Shown: positions 1 to 10,370 of the stretch, in pieces
Layout: each line of letters begins with the position of its first letter
How positions within the stretch are numbered: the first letter of the stretch is position 1
Assembly (NCBI GenBank): GCA_044440125.1
Contig: JBITAJ010000004.1
Location: 192,001 to 256,000, forward strand
Source of the DNA: Sedimentisphaeraceae bacterium JB056
GTDB taxonomy: Bacteria > Planctomycetota > Phycisphaerae > Sedimentisphaerales > Sedimentisphaeraceae
Length of the DNA stretch: 64,000 bases
Direction of reading: 5' to 3'
The notes under the pieces: generated by a model
Database searches by the model: none
Seen by the model: only the letters and a program-made list of their open reading frames with translations
Told to the model about the DNA's origin: nothing
Program-made: the position numbers and the translations under genes

Positions 1-2039
1 TCGCGGAAGGCATGGAGATCGTATCTTTACCTCAATATCAGAATATCGAAGATGACACAATGGTATGGAAACGTTCTGTCTCACAGGAAGAAAATATCGT
101 AAAGGCTGATTCAGAATTCAAGCTCACAACGGTAAGATTCAGTCCTCAGCAATACCTCGCTCTTAAAAGCCATCTGGCCGATATAGAGTATAATGAAGCT
201 CGCAAGCTGATACTTCATAAGATGGAAGAAACTCCCGATGCCGTAATCGAGCTTAACGATACTCACTACAGCCTTACAGATAAACACAACTGGAAGACAA
301 GCTTCAGAATAAGAATAAGAGTGCTCACATACAAAGGTAAGAAAGATCTTTCGGAAATCAAGTTCAACTACAACCCCGCATGGGAAGAACTTGCAGTGCT
401 CAGTGCTAAAGTTGAAACAGCCGGCGAGGTAAAAGAAATAAGCAATGAAGAGATCAATATCATGGATGCGGCATGGGCAGGTTCCGCTCCCCGCTATCCG
501 GCAGGCAAGACCCTCGTTGCCTCACTGCCTGGTGTAGAAATCGGCAGTATAATAGAGTATGAAATCGAGAAAACCTCTACCGACAAACCTTTCTTTGCTG
601 TTACTGAAATATTCGGCGACTATTACCCGATAAAGGAAAAGAATGTCAGGATAACAATGCCCGCCGATCTTGAATACGATATACTGGAAGACCAAAACGG
701 GTTGCTGATACCTGATGACGGGATGGTAAACATCAAAACATCACATTCAGAAACCGCAACGACCAAGAGCATCGAATGGCAAGGCACAAATATAGACAAG
801 ATAGAACGCGAGACATCTCAGCCGCCATCCAGCGGTATATCTCCGGTACTCAGCTTAACCACGGGAACATGGCAAGAGTACACCGCAAAGCTTAAAAAGA
901 TAATCGAACGTTTCGAAATGACCAGAGAAGTCAAGATGTATTCAAGAAAGGCCGAGGAACTGACTAAATACGCCTCTGATGATATCGAGAAGATACAACA
1001 GATTCGCGATTTTATCGCCAAGAGCATCAGACCCGTTGGAGCAAGCTTCACAACTATGCCGCTCACATCACTGACAAAACCTGACATAACGCTGGTCAAC
1101 GGCTATGGCAACCATATGGACCGTGCGATACTTACAGCCGCAATGCTTAGATATCTCGGAATGGATGCATCAATAATCCTGGCATCAGGAGGCAGCCGCC
1201 TTGAAGAGTTTGAACAATTCAGAAAGAAAACTCCGGATACAAGCTCATTCTCAATACCGCTTGTAAAGGTAGTGGCAGAAGGCGAGACTTATTACCTTGG
1301 CGACACAGACCAATACGCAGCCCTTGGTTCAACAGCTTCCGACAAACACCTTTACCTCTCTCTCAATGACGCGAAAATCGACAGGGTAAATGTATCAGAG
1401 GATATGATCAGTCGAATCGACAATCATTACAGGATAAAAGCCGATTCTGATGGAGCCGTATGGATGGAAGCCGAAGAATACAGCTACGGCATATACCACG
1501 GCATCAGCAATAAGAAATATGAGGAAATGCCGCCGGAACAAACAAGGCGATATTATCAGGAATTGGTAGGTCAGATATCGCAGGCCGCAAGGGCTGACGG
1601 CAAACTGACGACAAACTTCGAAGAATACCCCGGAAAAGAGCAATACTCCATCATCATGAGCCGCTACGCAATCATTGATGATGCGTATCTCTACTTTGAA
1701 TTGCCGCCGGTACTGCCTTCACTTCCCGATATACGTGAGGACAGCAGGCAGACACCTTACTACAACTCAGGTTACATGCGTTACAAAACAACACTTGAGG
1801 TTCAGTTGCCTGATGGTTACGAACCTGTATTGCTGCCGGTTGAGGGCAAGAAACTTCTGCCGGCAAATGGCGGCACAATCACTATCACTCAACAGACAGA
1901 AGATGATAAAATAACGATTGTCTACCAGATAGATCTAAGGCCGTCGGTAATAATGCCTGAAATCTGTCCGCAATATTCCGATGCGGTTTCCTGGCTCAAT
2001 AACAAGGATAAAAAATTCATAATGCTCAGGAAAAAGTAA
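1..2039 (+). CDS. DUF3857 / transglutaminase-like domain protein (5' end outside window)
   Basis: Frame is open from the window edge. 'LPGVEIGSIIEYEI' is DUF3857-like; 'GYGNHMDRAILTAAMLRYLG' is a transglutaminase-like core. Confidence 0.7.
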   Translation, partial: AEGMEIVSLPQYQNIEDDTMVWKRSVSQEENIVKADSEFKLTTVRFSPQQYLALKSHLADIEYNEARKLILHKMEETPDAVIELNDTHYSLTDKHNWKTSFRIRIRVLTYKGKKDLSEIKFNYNPAWEELAVLSAKVETAGEVKEISNEEINIMDAAWAGSAPRYPAGKTLVASLPGVEIGSIIEYEIEKTSTDKPFFAVTEIFGDYYPIKEKNVRITMPADLEYDILEDQNGLLIPDDGMVNIKTSHSETATTKSIEWQGTNIDKIERETSQPPSSGISPVLSLTTGTWQEYTAKLKKIIERFEMTREVKMYSRKAEELTKYASDDIEKIQQIRDFIAKSIRPVGASFTTMPLTSLTKPDITLVNGYGNHMDRAILTAAMLRYLGMDASIILASGGSRLEEFEQFRKKTPDTSSFSIPLVKVVAEGETYYLGDTDQYAALGSTASDKHLYLSLNDAKIDRVNVSEDMISRIDNHYRIKADSDGAVWMEAEEYSYGIYHGISNKKYEEMPPEQTRRYYQELVGQISQAARADGKLTTNFEEYPGKEQYSIIMSRYAIIDDAYLYFELPPVLPSLPDIREDSRQTPYYNSGYMRYKTTLEVQLPDGYEPVLLPVEGKKLLPANGGTITITQQTEDDKITIVYQIDLRPSVIMPEICPQYSDAVSWLNNKDKKFIMLRKK

Positions 2040-2045
2040 AATAAC

Positions 2046-2081
2046 AAACGGCGGGTATCATTCAGCGATACTCGCCGTTTT
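2046..2081. terminator. Bidirectional intrinsic terminator
   Basis: Hairpin aaacggcgggtatc-attcagc-gatactcgccgttt between convergent genes. Confidence 0.75.
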
Positions 2082-2099
2082 CAATTTCGGCAAAACAAA

Positions 2100-4904
2100 T
2101 CAGCAATTGATCTTCACATCAGGCCGTCCGGAAAGCTCTGCCCTGATCTCACGACCAAGATAAACCTCAAACCCTTCAGCCGCCGGACCTATTATATCGT
2201 TATAAGAAACCTTGACCTTTGTATTACTGGTACCCGAATCGTGTCCAAGCTTGCGTACCAATTTCACAATCTCGGCGACCGCATAATCGTGAGCATCCTC
2301 CAATTTTGAGAATCTTTGGGAACCCGGCAAGCCCTCGACAACGAAAACCTCATCATAAATGCTTATCCTCACACTTCGTCTGATAAGCACATCGCTGCTG
2401 ATAGCGCCTATGGCATTCGCGACATCCCCATCTTCCGGTATGATCGCTTTGGTCGAGAGCTTTTCGGCCGCCTGAGGTACAAAATATCCCGCAGGAGCAC
2501 CAACGCCTATCACAGGCGAATTCAATTTTATACTGACGCTGTAATCATCGCCGTCGGACTTAAACATATTTTCAAGCAGCGTATTGCAAACGCAGCATTT
2601 ATCCAGCTCATCGGAATCGGTTTTCTCGTCTAACTGCTTCTTGAGTATCTCGACGGTAAGCTTACGTATTATTTCCTCTCGAACCCTTTCAATAAGAGTC
2701 TCTGTTTCCACGCCGCATATCGAAGCGAACAAGTCACATATGCGTCGTGATATCGAGCTGTCCCAGTGCTTAAACTCTCCTGAAGCGTGAAGAATATCCG
2801 TCGGCGTTAAACCGCAGCGAGTAATCACATGGTGTTCCTCAAGCCGCTCGATCCTGAGCATAGTATGCCAGGAAAGTTCCAGCTTATTGGTAAGCTCATC
2901 AAATGAATAAGGCCGCTGGGCAAGAGCATCCACTATCGCTTGTTCATGCTCATTGAGATCAAGCGAATAATCCGGATCCGACAACACAAAAAACTGCATC
3001 AGCTCTGTTGAGCTTTTATAATCATCGCGCCGATCCTCCAGATATTTCAAGGCAGACTCAACACCATCGTTCTTCGAAGCCATCCAGCATACCGGCCCTA
3101 CGCGTCTTGGCCCAATCTTCAGATTACCTTCCATGAAGTTTATGATACTGTCGCCGCCAAGACCGACAGTGCGCATATCAAGCGCCTTGACATGGGTCTT
3201 GTGACTTCCAACCCGGGTCCCTGAATCATGCACCCGAATCACTCCGTCTTTCACAATCGCCGTATCGGTAGTAGTGCCTCCCATATCCACCACGATAGCA
3301 TCTTTTAGCTCCGTAAGGTATCTTGCACCGGCCACGCTTGCCGCCGGCCCTGAAAGAACCGTCTCTATCGGTTTGACCGCGGCCATCTGCTCGCTCATAA
3401 GCGTACCATCACCTTTGACTACCATCACAGGCACATGTATCTTGAAATCATCAAGCGTGGCTTTCAATTGCTGTATGAATTTTTCTATCCTGCCAATGAT
3501 GCGGGCATTCAAAACCGCCGTCATCGCGCGGGTCTTGAAATCCAGCATGTCACTCAGCTCATGACCGCAGGTAACACTGCATCCGATGGTTTCCTTAACG
3601 ATTTTCTTGACCGTAAGTTCAAGCTCCGGATTGATCACCCCGGCATAACCCGATATCGCAAAGGCATCCACACCATTACGATGCATCTCTTTGGCGACAT
3701 CACGAACCTGATCATGATCCACAGGCTCAACAACCGTTCCGGAAATATCAAGTTTACCTCGCAAAACAGCTTTTGTATCATGCGATATCTCATCGGGATT
3801 AAAAATGCCGCGAGAGGGCATCAGCAGCAGCCCCACCCTGGAGCCATGCCCTTCAACGATTGCGTTTGTAGCAAGTGTCGTAGACACTGACACGAGATCA
3901 ACACGCCCCAGCATACCGGCCGGCAGTTGCTCAAGCACCTCTCTTATGCCTATTGAATAATTCCATTTTGTCGTAAGAGCCTTGCCCTTGGCGACTATTT
4001 TCTCTGAATCGAAATCATATATCGAAGCATCCGTATAGGTACCGCCGGCATCAATTCCCAACCCAAGCCGCGAATACTCATGCGATTGCTTATCTCCACC
4101 ACCGTTTAGTATGATTTCTTTGCTCTCTGCGATATGTACATTCTCCTGATTTTGCGGTCCTGAATTCAAATTTCTAAGCTTTGCATCATAAAACGTAATA
4201 TGATTGGGCGGCACAACAAGTATCTCGTCAGTAGTAGCGGTAACTTCGAACGATTTCCTCAGCAATTCGCAATCACCCTCAACCTGCTCATATTTCCATC
4301 CGTAGGCTTTGGCCATATTTTCAGCGTATGCCTTGAATTTCGCCATTCCCGGAGCGGATGTATTAATGAAAACGGCACGCTGGTAATTCTTCTGCCAACT
4401 ATTGACAAAATTTCTGATAACATCGGCGTTATCCTGACCATAATCATTAACGAGCTCACCATCTGTCACAGTCTTTCCGGCAATAAACGAACCGCCTTGC
4501 TGCTTTTGTCCCTGCGGCTGCACTTTTTCCTGATACCAGCCCGCGGAGATATAATATGTTCCCGGATACTTAGCAAACTCTCTCTTGTACGCCTGATCAC
4601 TTCCAAGAAAAAGAGCGATGCAGTCGTGAACTTTAGGTATCACAAGAGGCACATTCCGCGCAGTTATGCCGACCGTGCCGTTGCCGCACAATCCGTAACC
4701 TATCACAATCCGGTCGTACTTATTCTGAGTGGAAACATCATCTATGGCTTCCTGAAGCTTCTGTTTGAGAAGCTTGGGCTTGCTGTGAAGCCCGCCTTCA
4801 AGAAACGTAAAGCTTAGATCGACACCAAGTTCTTTGGCTATCCGTTTCGAATCGACTGCCAAGACGCCGCAGGCAATCATATGTATTCGCTTATCTTTGT
4901 TCAT
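2100..4904 (-). CDS. DUF1638 domain fused to hydantoinase/oxoprolinase A-type (actin-like ATPase) domain
   Basis: N-terminal 'IACGV..GLH..P..GYGLCGNG..HDCIALFLGS' (DUF1638), then 'GIDAGGTYTD', 'LSGPAAS', 'VDMGGTTTD', 'TPTD'. Start placed at MNKDKR. Confidence 0.8.
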   Translation of the reverse strand: MNKDKRIHMIACGVLAVDSKRIAKELGVDLSFTFLEGGLHSKPKLLKQKLQEAIDDVSTQNKYDRIVIGYGLCGNGTVGITARNVPLVIPKVHDCIALFLGSDQAYKREFAKYPGTYYISAGWYQEKVQPQGQKQQGGSFIAGKTVTDGELVNDYGQDNADVIRNFVNSWQKNYQRAVFINTSAPGMAKFKAYAENMAKAYGWKYEQVEGDCELLRKSFEVTATTDEILVVPPNHITFYDAKLRNLNSGPQNQENVHIAESKEIILNGGGDKQSHEYSRLGLGIDAGGTYTDASIYDFDSEKIVAKGKALTTKWNYSIGIREVLEQLPAGMLGRVDLVSVSTTLATNAIVEGHGSRVGLLLMPSRGIFNPDEISHDTKAVLRGKLDISGTVVEPVDHDQVRDVAKEMHRNGVDAFAISGYAGVINPELELTVKKIVKETIGCSVTCGHELSDMLDFKTRAMTAVLNARIIGRIEKFIQQLKATLDDFKIHVPVMVVKGDGTLMSEQMAAVKPIETVLSGPAASVAGARYLTELKDAIVVDMGGTTTDTAIVKDGVIRVHDSGTRVGSHKTHVKALDMRTVGLGGDSIINFMEGNLKIGPRRVGPVCWMASKNDGVESALKYLEDRRDDYKSSTELMQFFVLSDPDYSLDLNEHEQAIVDALAQRPYSFDELTNKLELSWHTMLRIERLEEHHVITRCGLTPTDILHASGEFKHWDSSISRRICDLFASICGVETETLIERVREEIIRKLTVEILKKQLDEKTDSDELDKCCVCNTLLENMFKSDGDDYSVSIKLNSPVIGVGAPAGYFVPQAAEKLSTKAIIPEDGDVANAIGAISSDVLIRRSVRISIYDEVFVVEGLPGSQRFSKLEDAHDYAVAEIVKLVRKLGHDSGTSNTKVKVSYNDIIGPAAEGFEVYLGREIRAELSGRPDVKINC

Positions 4905-5235
4905 GGTATAGGAATATTCTCTTAATTGCAGATAAATGGCTATAAAATATGTTGTTAGACTAAAATAGAGTCTAACATAATCATAGATGCAAAAAAATAT
5001 CAAGCATCAGGATTTTCCCCAAAACAGCATGTTTCTTACAATTAATAGCAAGATTATGCAAAAACTCCATACTTAATCATGCTCCACAATGTATGCCTTT
5101 TTTGCTTCATTTTTTGGTTTTACTTAAAAGGTACGTGTTTTGAGCTTTTCATAAAGTGCTTTTTGGTATAAAATACCCCGAAAGAGTTGAGAATATTCGC
5201 ATTTTGCATTGTTTAATTTCCCGAAAGCTTAAGCT

Positions 5236-8007
5236 ATGAAAAAGAGCCTTTATATAATTGATGGTCATGCTCTGATATACTCCGGTTACTACGCTCCTAT
5301 GCGTGCTAACCTCACCAGCCCTGCAGGTGAGCCGACCAAATCCACATTCATATTCACAAACACCATTCTTGGTCTGATAAACCGCAAGAAACCGGATATG
5401 CTCGTGGTAGCGATGGACAGCAAGGGCAAAACTTTCCGCAGCGATATCTATCCCGATTACAAGGCTCACCGCCCTCCGATGCCCGAGGATATGCCCGTAC
5501 AGATTAACCGTATCGAGCAGATACTTACCGCAATGCACATACCTATATTAAGGATTGACGGCTTTGAGGCCGATGATATCATCGGCACACTCGCAGAAAA
5601 GGGCAAGAAGATGGATATGGATGTTTATATCTGCTCCAAGGATAAGGATATGCTCCAGCTTCTTGATGAAGGCGTGTATCTGTATGACATGAAGAAGGAT
5701 GAAGTCAAAGATGTTCAGTGGCTCAAGGACGAAAAAGGCATAACGCCCGATCAGTTCATCGACGCTCTCGCTCTTCAGGGCGACACTGCCGATAATATAC
5801 CGGGGCTTCCTGATGTAGGCCCCAAGACATCTGAACAGTGGATAGCTAAATACGGTTCAATAGAGAATTTATATGAGCACAGTGATGAGATCAAAGGCAA
5901 ACGCGGCGATTCGCTCCGCAACAACAAAGATCAGCTTGAAGTAAGCCGCAAACTGGTTGTTATAAATTGCGACAGCCCCGTTGAGATAGAACCCGACCTC
6001 TTCACACTCAAAGAACCTGACAAGGACCAGCTTGCCGAGCTTTTCGGACAGCTTGGATTCAATAAACTTGCCGCCCAGCTTGGGATAACTCAGGAAGATA
6101 TGCATGAAGACGGCGACCAAGCCTCTCTTTTTGACGGTTCCAAATCTAAGAAATCAGGCTCAAAAACCGAAAGCGCTGAACCAACTGCACAAACGAAGAA
6201 AAACATCCAGAATACCGACCATAAGTATGAGTTGATAAACACGAAAGAGAAGCTGGACACTTTCCTCGAAGAACTCCGAAAGCAGGAAATATTCGCCATC
6301 GATACAGAAACAACAAGCATCAACTCCATGGAAGCGGATCTTGTTGGTATCAGCATCTCTTACAAGGCCGCAAGCGGATATTATCTGCCAGTTAAGGCCC
6401 CTCTTGGTGATAAGAAGCTCAATATTTCCGACTTGAAAGAGCCGCTTGGCGAGATACTTTCCAATCCTGACATCAAGAAAATTGGCCAGAATCTCAAGTA
6501 TGATATGCCGGTACTTGCCAATGCCGGTATGCCGCTTGAAGGTGCGGAATTTGACACAATGATAGCCTCATACGTGCTTGATGCCAGCCGCAAAAGCAAC
6601 TCAATGGACAACATGTCACTCGATTATCTCGGCTATGAATGCGTACCGATAAGCGAACTGATTGGAACAGGCAAAAAGCAGCGTACTTTCGACACCGTAC
6701 AGACAGATGTTGCGTGTGAGTATGCCGCTGAGGATGCGGATATTACATGGCAGCTCTACGAATACCTCAAGCCGCGTCTTGAAAATCAACCCCAGCTTCA
6801 AAAGCTCTTTACAGAGATAGAAATGCCGCTAATGCTGGTGCTGACTAAGATGGAAATGAGCGGCGTAAGCATTGATGCGGCGCTGCTGAGGAATATGTCG
6901 CACGAAATCGCAGAGAGAATCGACTCGCTTACCGATACGATACATGAAAAATGCGGCAACGTATTCAATATTGATTCGCCAAAACAGCTCTCCGAGATAT
7001 TATTCGACCGCCTCTCTCTGCCGCAGATAAAGAAACGCAGCACCGATGCCGATGTTCTCGAAAAGCTCTCAGACTTCCACCCTGTTATAGAGGATATACT
7101 GGAATATCGCCAGCTCAGCAAGCTTAAGAATACTTACCTTGATAAGCTGCCCGCTATGGTCAACCGCAAAACAGGCCGCCTGCATGCGTCATTCAACCAG
7201 ACAGTAACCGCAACTGGCAGGCTCAGTTCATCGAATCCGAACCTGCAGAATATACCTGTAAGAAGCGAAATCGGCCGCAAGATACGTTCGGCATTCGTAG
7301 CGGAGGATACCGACGGCGTGATACTCAGTGCCGACTATTCGCAAATTGAGCTTCGACTTCTCGCGCATCTCTCAGGCGATAAATCGCTGCTGGGTGCGTT
7401 CGCTGATAATATGGATATTCACCGCTTTGTTGCTTCGCAGGTATTCGATGTCGAGCCGCAGGAGGTTACAGACGATATGAGGGCAAAAGCGAAAGCCGTA
7501 AACTTCGGCGTGATATACGGCCAAGGACCATATGCTCTCTCGCAATCACTCGGCATACCGCAGAAAGAAGCTAAAGCCTTTATCGAAAGCTACTTCCAGA
7601 GATACAGCACGATTAAGCAGTTTATGGAAGAAGTAATCGAAAAGACGAAAAAAGACGGCTACGCCTCCACAATTCTCGGCAGAAGAAGAGCAATAGACGG
7701 ACTCAACGCACGAAACGCAAATATCCGCTCATCAGCAGAAAGAATGGCATTCAATACCGCCATCCAGGGCTCAGCGGCAGACCTTATCAAGCTGGCAATG
7801 ATAAACATCCAGCACAAAATTGATGCCGAGGGGCTGCCGGTGAGAATGATACTGCAGATTCATGACGAACTGGTATTTGAGCTGCCCGAAAGCGGCGTTG
7901 ATGAATATACAATGTGGATAAAAGGCGAGATGGAACACGCCATCGACCTCAGCGTGAAGCTGAAAGTTGACACAGGCTACGGAAAAACCTGGTTCGCGGG
8001 ACATTAA
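5236..8007 (+). CDS. polA: DNA polymerase I
   Basis: 5'-3' exonuclease (IDGH, EADDIIGT), 3'-5' exonuclease (DTETT, NLKYD, YAAEDAD) and polymerase motifs (TGRLSSSNPNLQNIP, ADYSQIELR, KAVNFGVIYG, QIHDEL). Confidence 0.98.
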   Translation: MKKSLYIIDGHALIYSGYYAPMRANLTSPAGEPTKSTFIFTNTILGLINRKKPDMLVVAMDSKGKTFRSDIYPDYKAHRPPMPEDMPVQINRIEQILTAMHIPILRIDGFEADDIIGTLAEKGKKMDMDVYICSKDKDMLQLLDEGVYLYDMKKDEVKDVQWLKDEKGITPDQFIDALALQGDTADNIPGLPDVGPKTSEQWIAKYGSIENLYEHSDEIKGKRGDSLRNNKDQLEVSRKLVVINCDSPVEIEPDLFTLKEPDKDQLAELFGQLGFNKLAAQLGITQEDMHEDGDQASLFDGSKSKKSGSKTESAEPTAQTKKNIQNTDHKYELINTKEKLDTFLEELRKQEIFAIDTETTSINSMEADLVGISISYKAASGYYLPVKAPLGDKKLNISDLKEPLGEILSNPDIKKIGQNLKYDMPVLANAGMPLEGAEFDTMIASYVLDASRKSNSMDNMSLDYLGYECVPISELIGTGKKQRTFDTVQTDVACEYAAEDADITWQLYEYLKPRLENQPQLQKLFTEIEMPLMLVLTKMEMSGVSIDAALLRNMSHEIAERIDSLTDTIHEKCGNVFNIDSPKQLSEILFDRLSLPQIKKRSTDADVLEKLSDFHPVIEDILEYRQLSKLKNTYLDKLPAMVNRKTGRLHASFNQTVTATGRLSSSNPNLQNIPVRSEIGRKIRSAFVAEDTDGVILSADYSQIELRLLAHLSGDKSLLGAFADNMDIHRFVASQVFDVEPQEVTDDMRAKAKAVNFGVIYGQGPYALSQSLGIPQKEAKAFIESYFQRYSTIKQFMEEVIEKTKKDGYASTILGRRRAIDGLNARNANIRSSAERMAFNTAIQGSAADLIKLAMINIQHKIDAEGLPVRMILQIHDELVFELPESGVDEYTMWIKGEMEHAIDLSVKLKVDTGYGKTWFAGH

Positions 8008-8014
8008 GAACACT

Positions 8015-8060
8015 AAAAAAGTCAGACCCGTCGGACAATTCCGACAGGTCTGACTTTTTT
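8015..8060. terminator. Palindromic terminator/REP-like element after polA (copy 1)
   Basis: aaaaaa-gtcagacccgtcgga-caat-tccgacaggtctgac-tttttt. Confidence 0.8.
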
Positions 8061-8093
8061 CACACACTCCAAATGTTTATTTCTAAATTAAGC

Positions 8094-8134
8094 TTGCTTT
8101 TTGGGGAACAAAAAAGTACGCTATTACGTACGCT
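8094..8134 (+). promoter_or_regulatory. Sigma70 promoter and operator of the yefM-yoeB operon
   Basis: TTGCTT-17bp-TACGCT. Two GTACGCT repeats 12 bp apart (8116, 8128), the first overlapping the -10 box, as in YefM-type GTAC-core operators. Confidence 0.6.
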
Positions 8135-8149
8135 TTATAAGGTAAAACA

Positions 8150-8392
8150 ATGACAACAGTTACAGTTACAAATGCTCGTAAGGAGCTATACAACCTGTTA
8201 GATCAGGTGCAGCAGTCGCACGAGCCGATTCATATAACCGGCAAACGCGGCAGCGGTGTTTTGATTTCCGAAGAGGATTTCGCCGCCATACAGGAAACTC
8301 TGTATCTTCAATCGATACCCGGGATGACCGAAAGTATAATAGAAGGCATGAAAACCGATACCCAAGAGTGCAGTGAGGAATTGGACTGGTGA
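8150..8392 (+). CDS. yefM: Phd/YefM family antitoxin
   Basis: 'TNARKELYNLLDQV..HEPIHIT..VLISEEDFAAIQETLYL', overlapping the toxin start. Confidence 0.92.
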   Translation: MTTVTVTNARKELYNLLDQVQQSHEPIHITGKRGSGVLISEEDFAAIQETLYLQSIPGMTESIIEGMKTDTQECSEELDW

Positions 8393-8652
8393 GCTATAAG
8401 GTCGTTTTCACAGAATACGCCCAGAAAGACGCAAAAAAACTGACACAATCAGGTCTCAAAAACAACGCACAAAAACTTCTCGAAATCCTTAAAAACGACC
8501 CCTATAAATCTCCGCCTCCATACGAAAAACTCATTGGCAATCTCTCCGGCGCATATTCCCGCCGCATCAACATCCAACACCGGCTTGTCTATCAGGTATT
8601 GGAGGATGAAAAAACGGTAAAAGTATTAAGAATGTGGTCACATTACGAATGA
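8389..8652 (+). CDS. yoeB: Txe/YoeB family toxin
   Basis: 'PPPYEKLIGNLSGAYSRRINIQHRLVYQV..MWSHYE'. Confidence 0.93.
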   Translation: MSYKVVFTEYAQKDAKKLTQSGLKNNAQKLLEILKNDPYKSPPPYEKLIGNLSGAYSRRINIQHRLVYQVLEDEKTVKVLRMWSHYE

Positions 8653-8682
8653 CACTGCAGAATACTTAAGAAATTTGCAATA

Positions 8683-8724
8683 TCAGACTCGTCCGAATTG
8701 TCCGACAGGTCTGACATTTTTCAC
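8683..8724. repeat. Second, degenerate copy of the post-polA palindrome
   Basis: tcagactcgtccga-attg-tccgacaggtctgacatttttcaca, compared with 8022-8064. Confidence 0.75.
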
Positions 8725-8727
8725 AAA

Positions 8728-10179
8728 CTAACCCATCTCGACATACTTTTTCACTGTCCTGCGGTCGAGGTTTGTTATTCTTGCTACCTTTTCGAAGTTT
8801 TTGTGGATATTGTATAGATAGGTGCAATATTGACTGAGGAGTTCTAAGACGGGGAGGTTCTGAGCGAAAACATCTCCATTTTTCTGCATTTGAAGAGCCT
8901 GCGGGCTGTAATCACGCTTTATAATCACCCTTCGCACGCACTGCTCAAGCTCCCGCACGTTGCCTGGCCAATAATAATCGGCTCCGAGATTCTTATCGAT
9001 CACCTCTTTTACAATATCACACAGCCGCTTCGAATCATCGCCGGCAATCCGCCGTACAAGATGGGTAATCATGTCGGTGAGCTCGCTACCATCTTCGCTC
9101 ACTCTCTGAGCCAGCGAAGGCATAATAATAGTATCGGAGCAAAGCCGGTAATAGAAATCATCCCTGAAATCACCTTCCCTGCGAAGCTCATCAATGGATT
9201 TATTCGTTGCCGCTATAACCCTGCCCTCAAACTTCACGCTCTTATGACTGCCAACCGGCGAAAAACTGCGTTCCTGAAGCACCCGAAGCAGTTTTGTCTG
9301 CACCTGCTCGCTAACATCACCAATCTCATCAAGAAAAACCGATCCATGCCTGCTGCACATAGCAAACAACCCTTCATGAGTCGCCACTGCACCGGTAAAA
9401 GAGCCTTTTGTATGCCCGAAAAGTTCGGATTCAAGGAGCGTCTCGGCATACTGCGATAGGTTTATCGGCACAAACGCATCCATAAAATTCTCTTTGAACT
9501 GACGGCGATTCATATCATATGGAATGAAACCACTGCGGCCTATAGCCGCCGCTGCCGCCCCCTTACCCGAACCAGTTGGACCAAGCAGAAGCGTTGAGAA
9601 ATCCTCCATCTTATCCCATAAGAATTCATTGTAAAATTCGATATCATGGGTAAAAATATTATTCCACAGATCACAACGAAGCTTTCGCATCGCATCCGAG
9701 CTGCCTATAAGCCCGCGATCAATAAAGTAGAAGCCACGGCGAATCTGATAGAACATCGAAAAGCACCTGACCGCAAATTCACGCGAAAAACCGCGGGATA
9801 TCAATGCCCCGATAACATCATCAGCAAAATCAACCTCAAGATTGGCTGCCGGATTTTGGGACTGCCGAACTATGAATTTGTCAAAAACATCCATGAAACG
9901 GTGAAAAATATAGAAAAGAAACAAATTCCGCATCATCGGCTGATTGTCAGCCGGAAAATCAGCGATTTTTGCAATTCCAACCTTATCAATTGCCATCATT
10001 TGAGAATTTACCTCTTTTATGACCTCCGGCACAACAAGTCGCCACGGACGCTGACGTTTATCGCCAATAATCTCAAGATCAAGCTCAAAACGCTGTTTGC
10101 TGAAAGGATTTAAAAAGGCCGCCTTTGATACAAGCGAAAAAAAACGCCTCTGCGAATCTGTCAGATTTATACTTTTCAT
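8728..10179 (-). CDS. Sigma-54-dependent transcriptional activator (bEBP)
   Basis: Walker A GPTGSGKG, 'ESELFGHTKGSFTGA', 'FLDEIGD', 'WPGNVRELEQ', C-terminal HTH. The N-terminal domain is not a recognisable receiver domain. Confidence 0.92.
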   Translation of the reverse strand: MKSINLTDSQRRFFSLVSKAAFLNPFSKQRFELDLEIIGDKRQRPWRLVVPEVIKEVNSQMMAIDKVGIAKIADFPADNQPMMRNLFLFYIFHRFMDVFDKFIVRQSQNPAANLEVDFADDVIGALISRGFSREFAVRCFSMFYQIRRGFYFIDRGLIGSSDAMRKLRCDLWNNIFTHDIEFYNEFLWDKMEDFSTLLLGPTGSGKGAAAAAIGRSGFIPYDMNRRQFKENFMDAFVPINLSQYAETLLESELFGHTKGSFTGAVATHEGLFAMCSRHGSVFLDEIGDVSEQVQTKLLRVLQERSFSPVGSHKSVKFEGRVIAATNKSIDELRREGDFRDDFYYRLCSDTIIMPSLAQRVSEDGSELTDMITHLVRRIAGDDSKRLCDIVKEVIDKNLGADYYWPGNVRELEQCVRRVIIKRDYSPQALQMQKNGDVFAQNLPVLELLSQYCTYLYNIHKNFEKVARITNLDRRTVKKYVEMG

Positions 10180-10186
10180 ACATTAA

Positions 10187-10205
10187 ATGTATATCATGTA
10201 TACAT
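10187..10205. promoter_or_regulatory. Candidate upstream activator sequence for the bEBP
   Basis: Perfect 7-5-7 palindrome ATGTATA-tcatg-TATACAT (TGT-N11-ACA), about 100 bp upstream of the -24 box. Confidence 0.55.
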
Positions 10206-10301
10206 AAAAAGCAAGAATAATATCTATAACACCTTCAACCTAACACAGACAATTCATACAAACACTTACTCCAAAGCAACTTAAGTTAACACACTCTTTT
10301 C

Positions 10302-10317
10302 TGGCACGCCTATAGCT
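10302..10317 (+). promoter_or_regulatory. Sigma-54 (-24/-12) promoter
   Basis: TGGCACG-CCTA-TAGCT versus consensus TGGCACG-N4-TTGCW (1 mismatch), upstream of the gene divergent from the bEBP. Confidence 0.8.
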
Positions 10318-10370
10318 ATATATCTACTCAGTGATGATAATTTTACAAACATTTTTTGAAAGGTTTTAAG

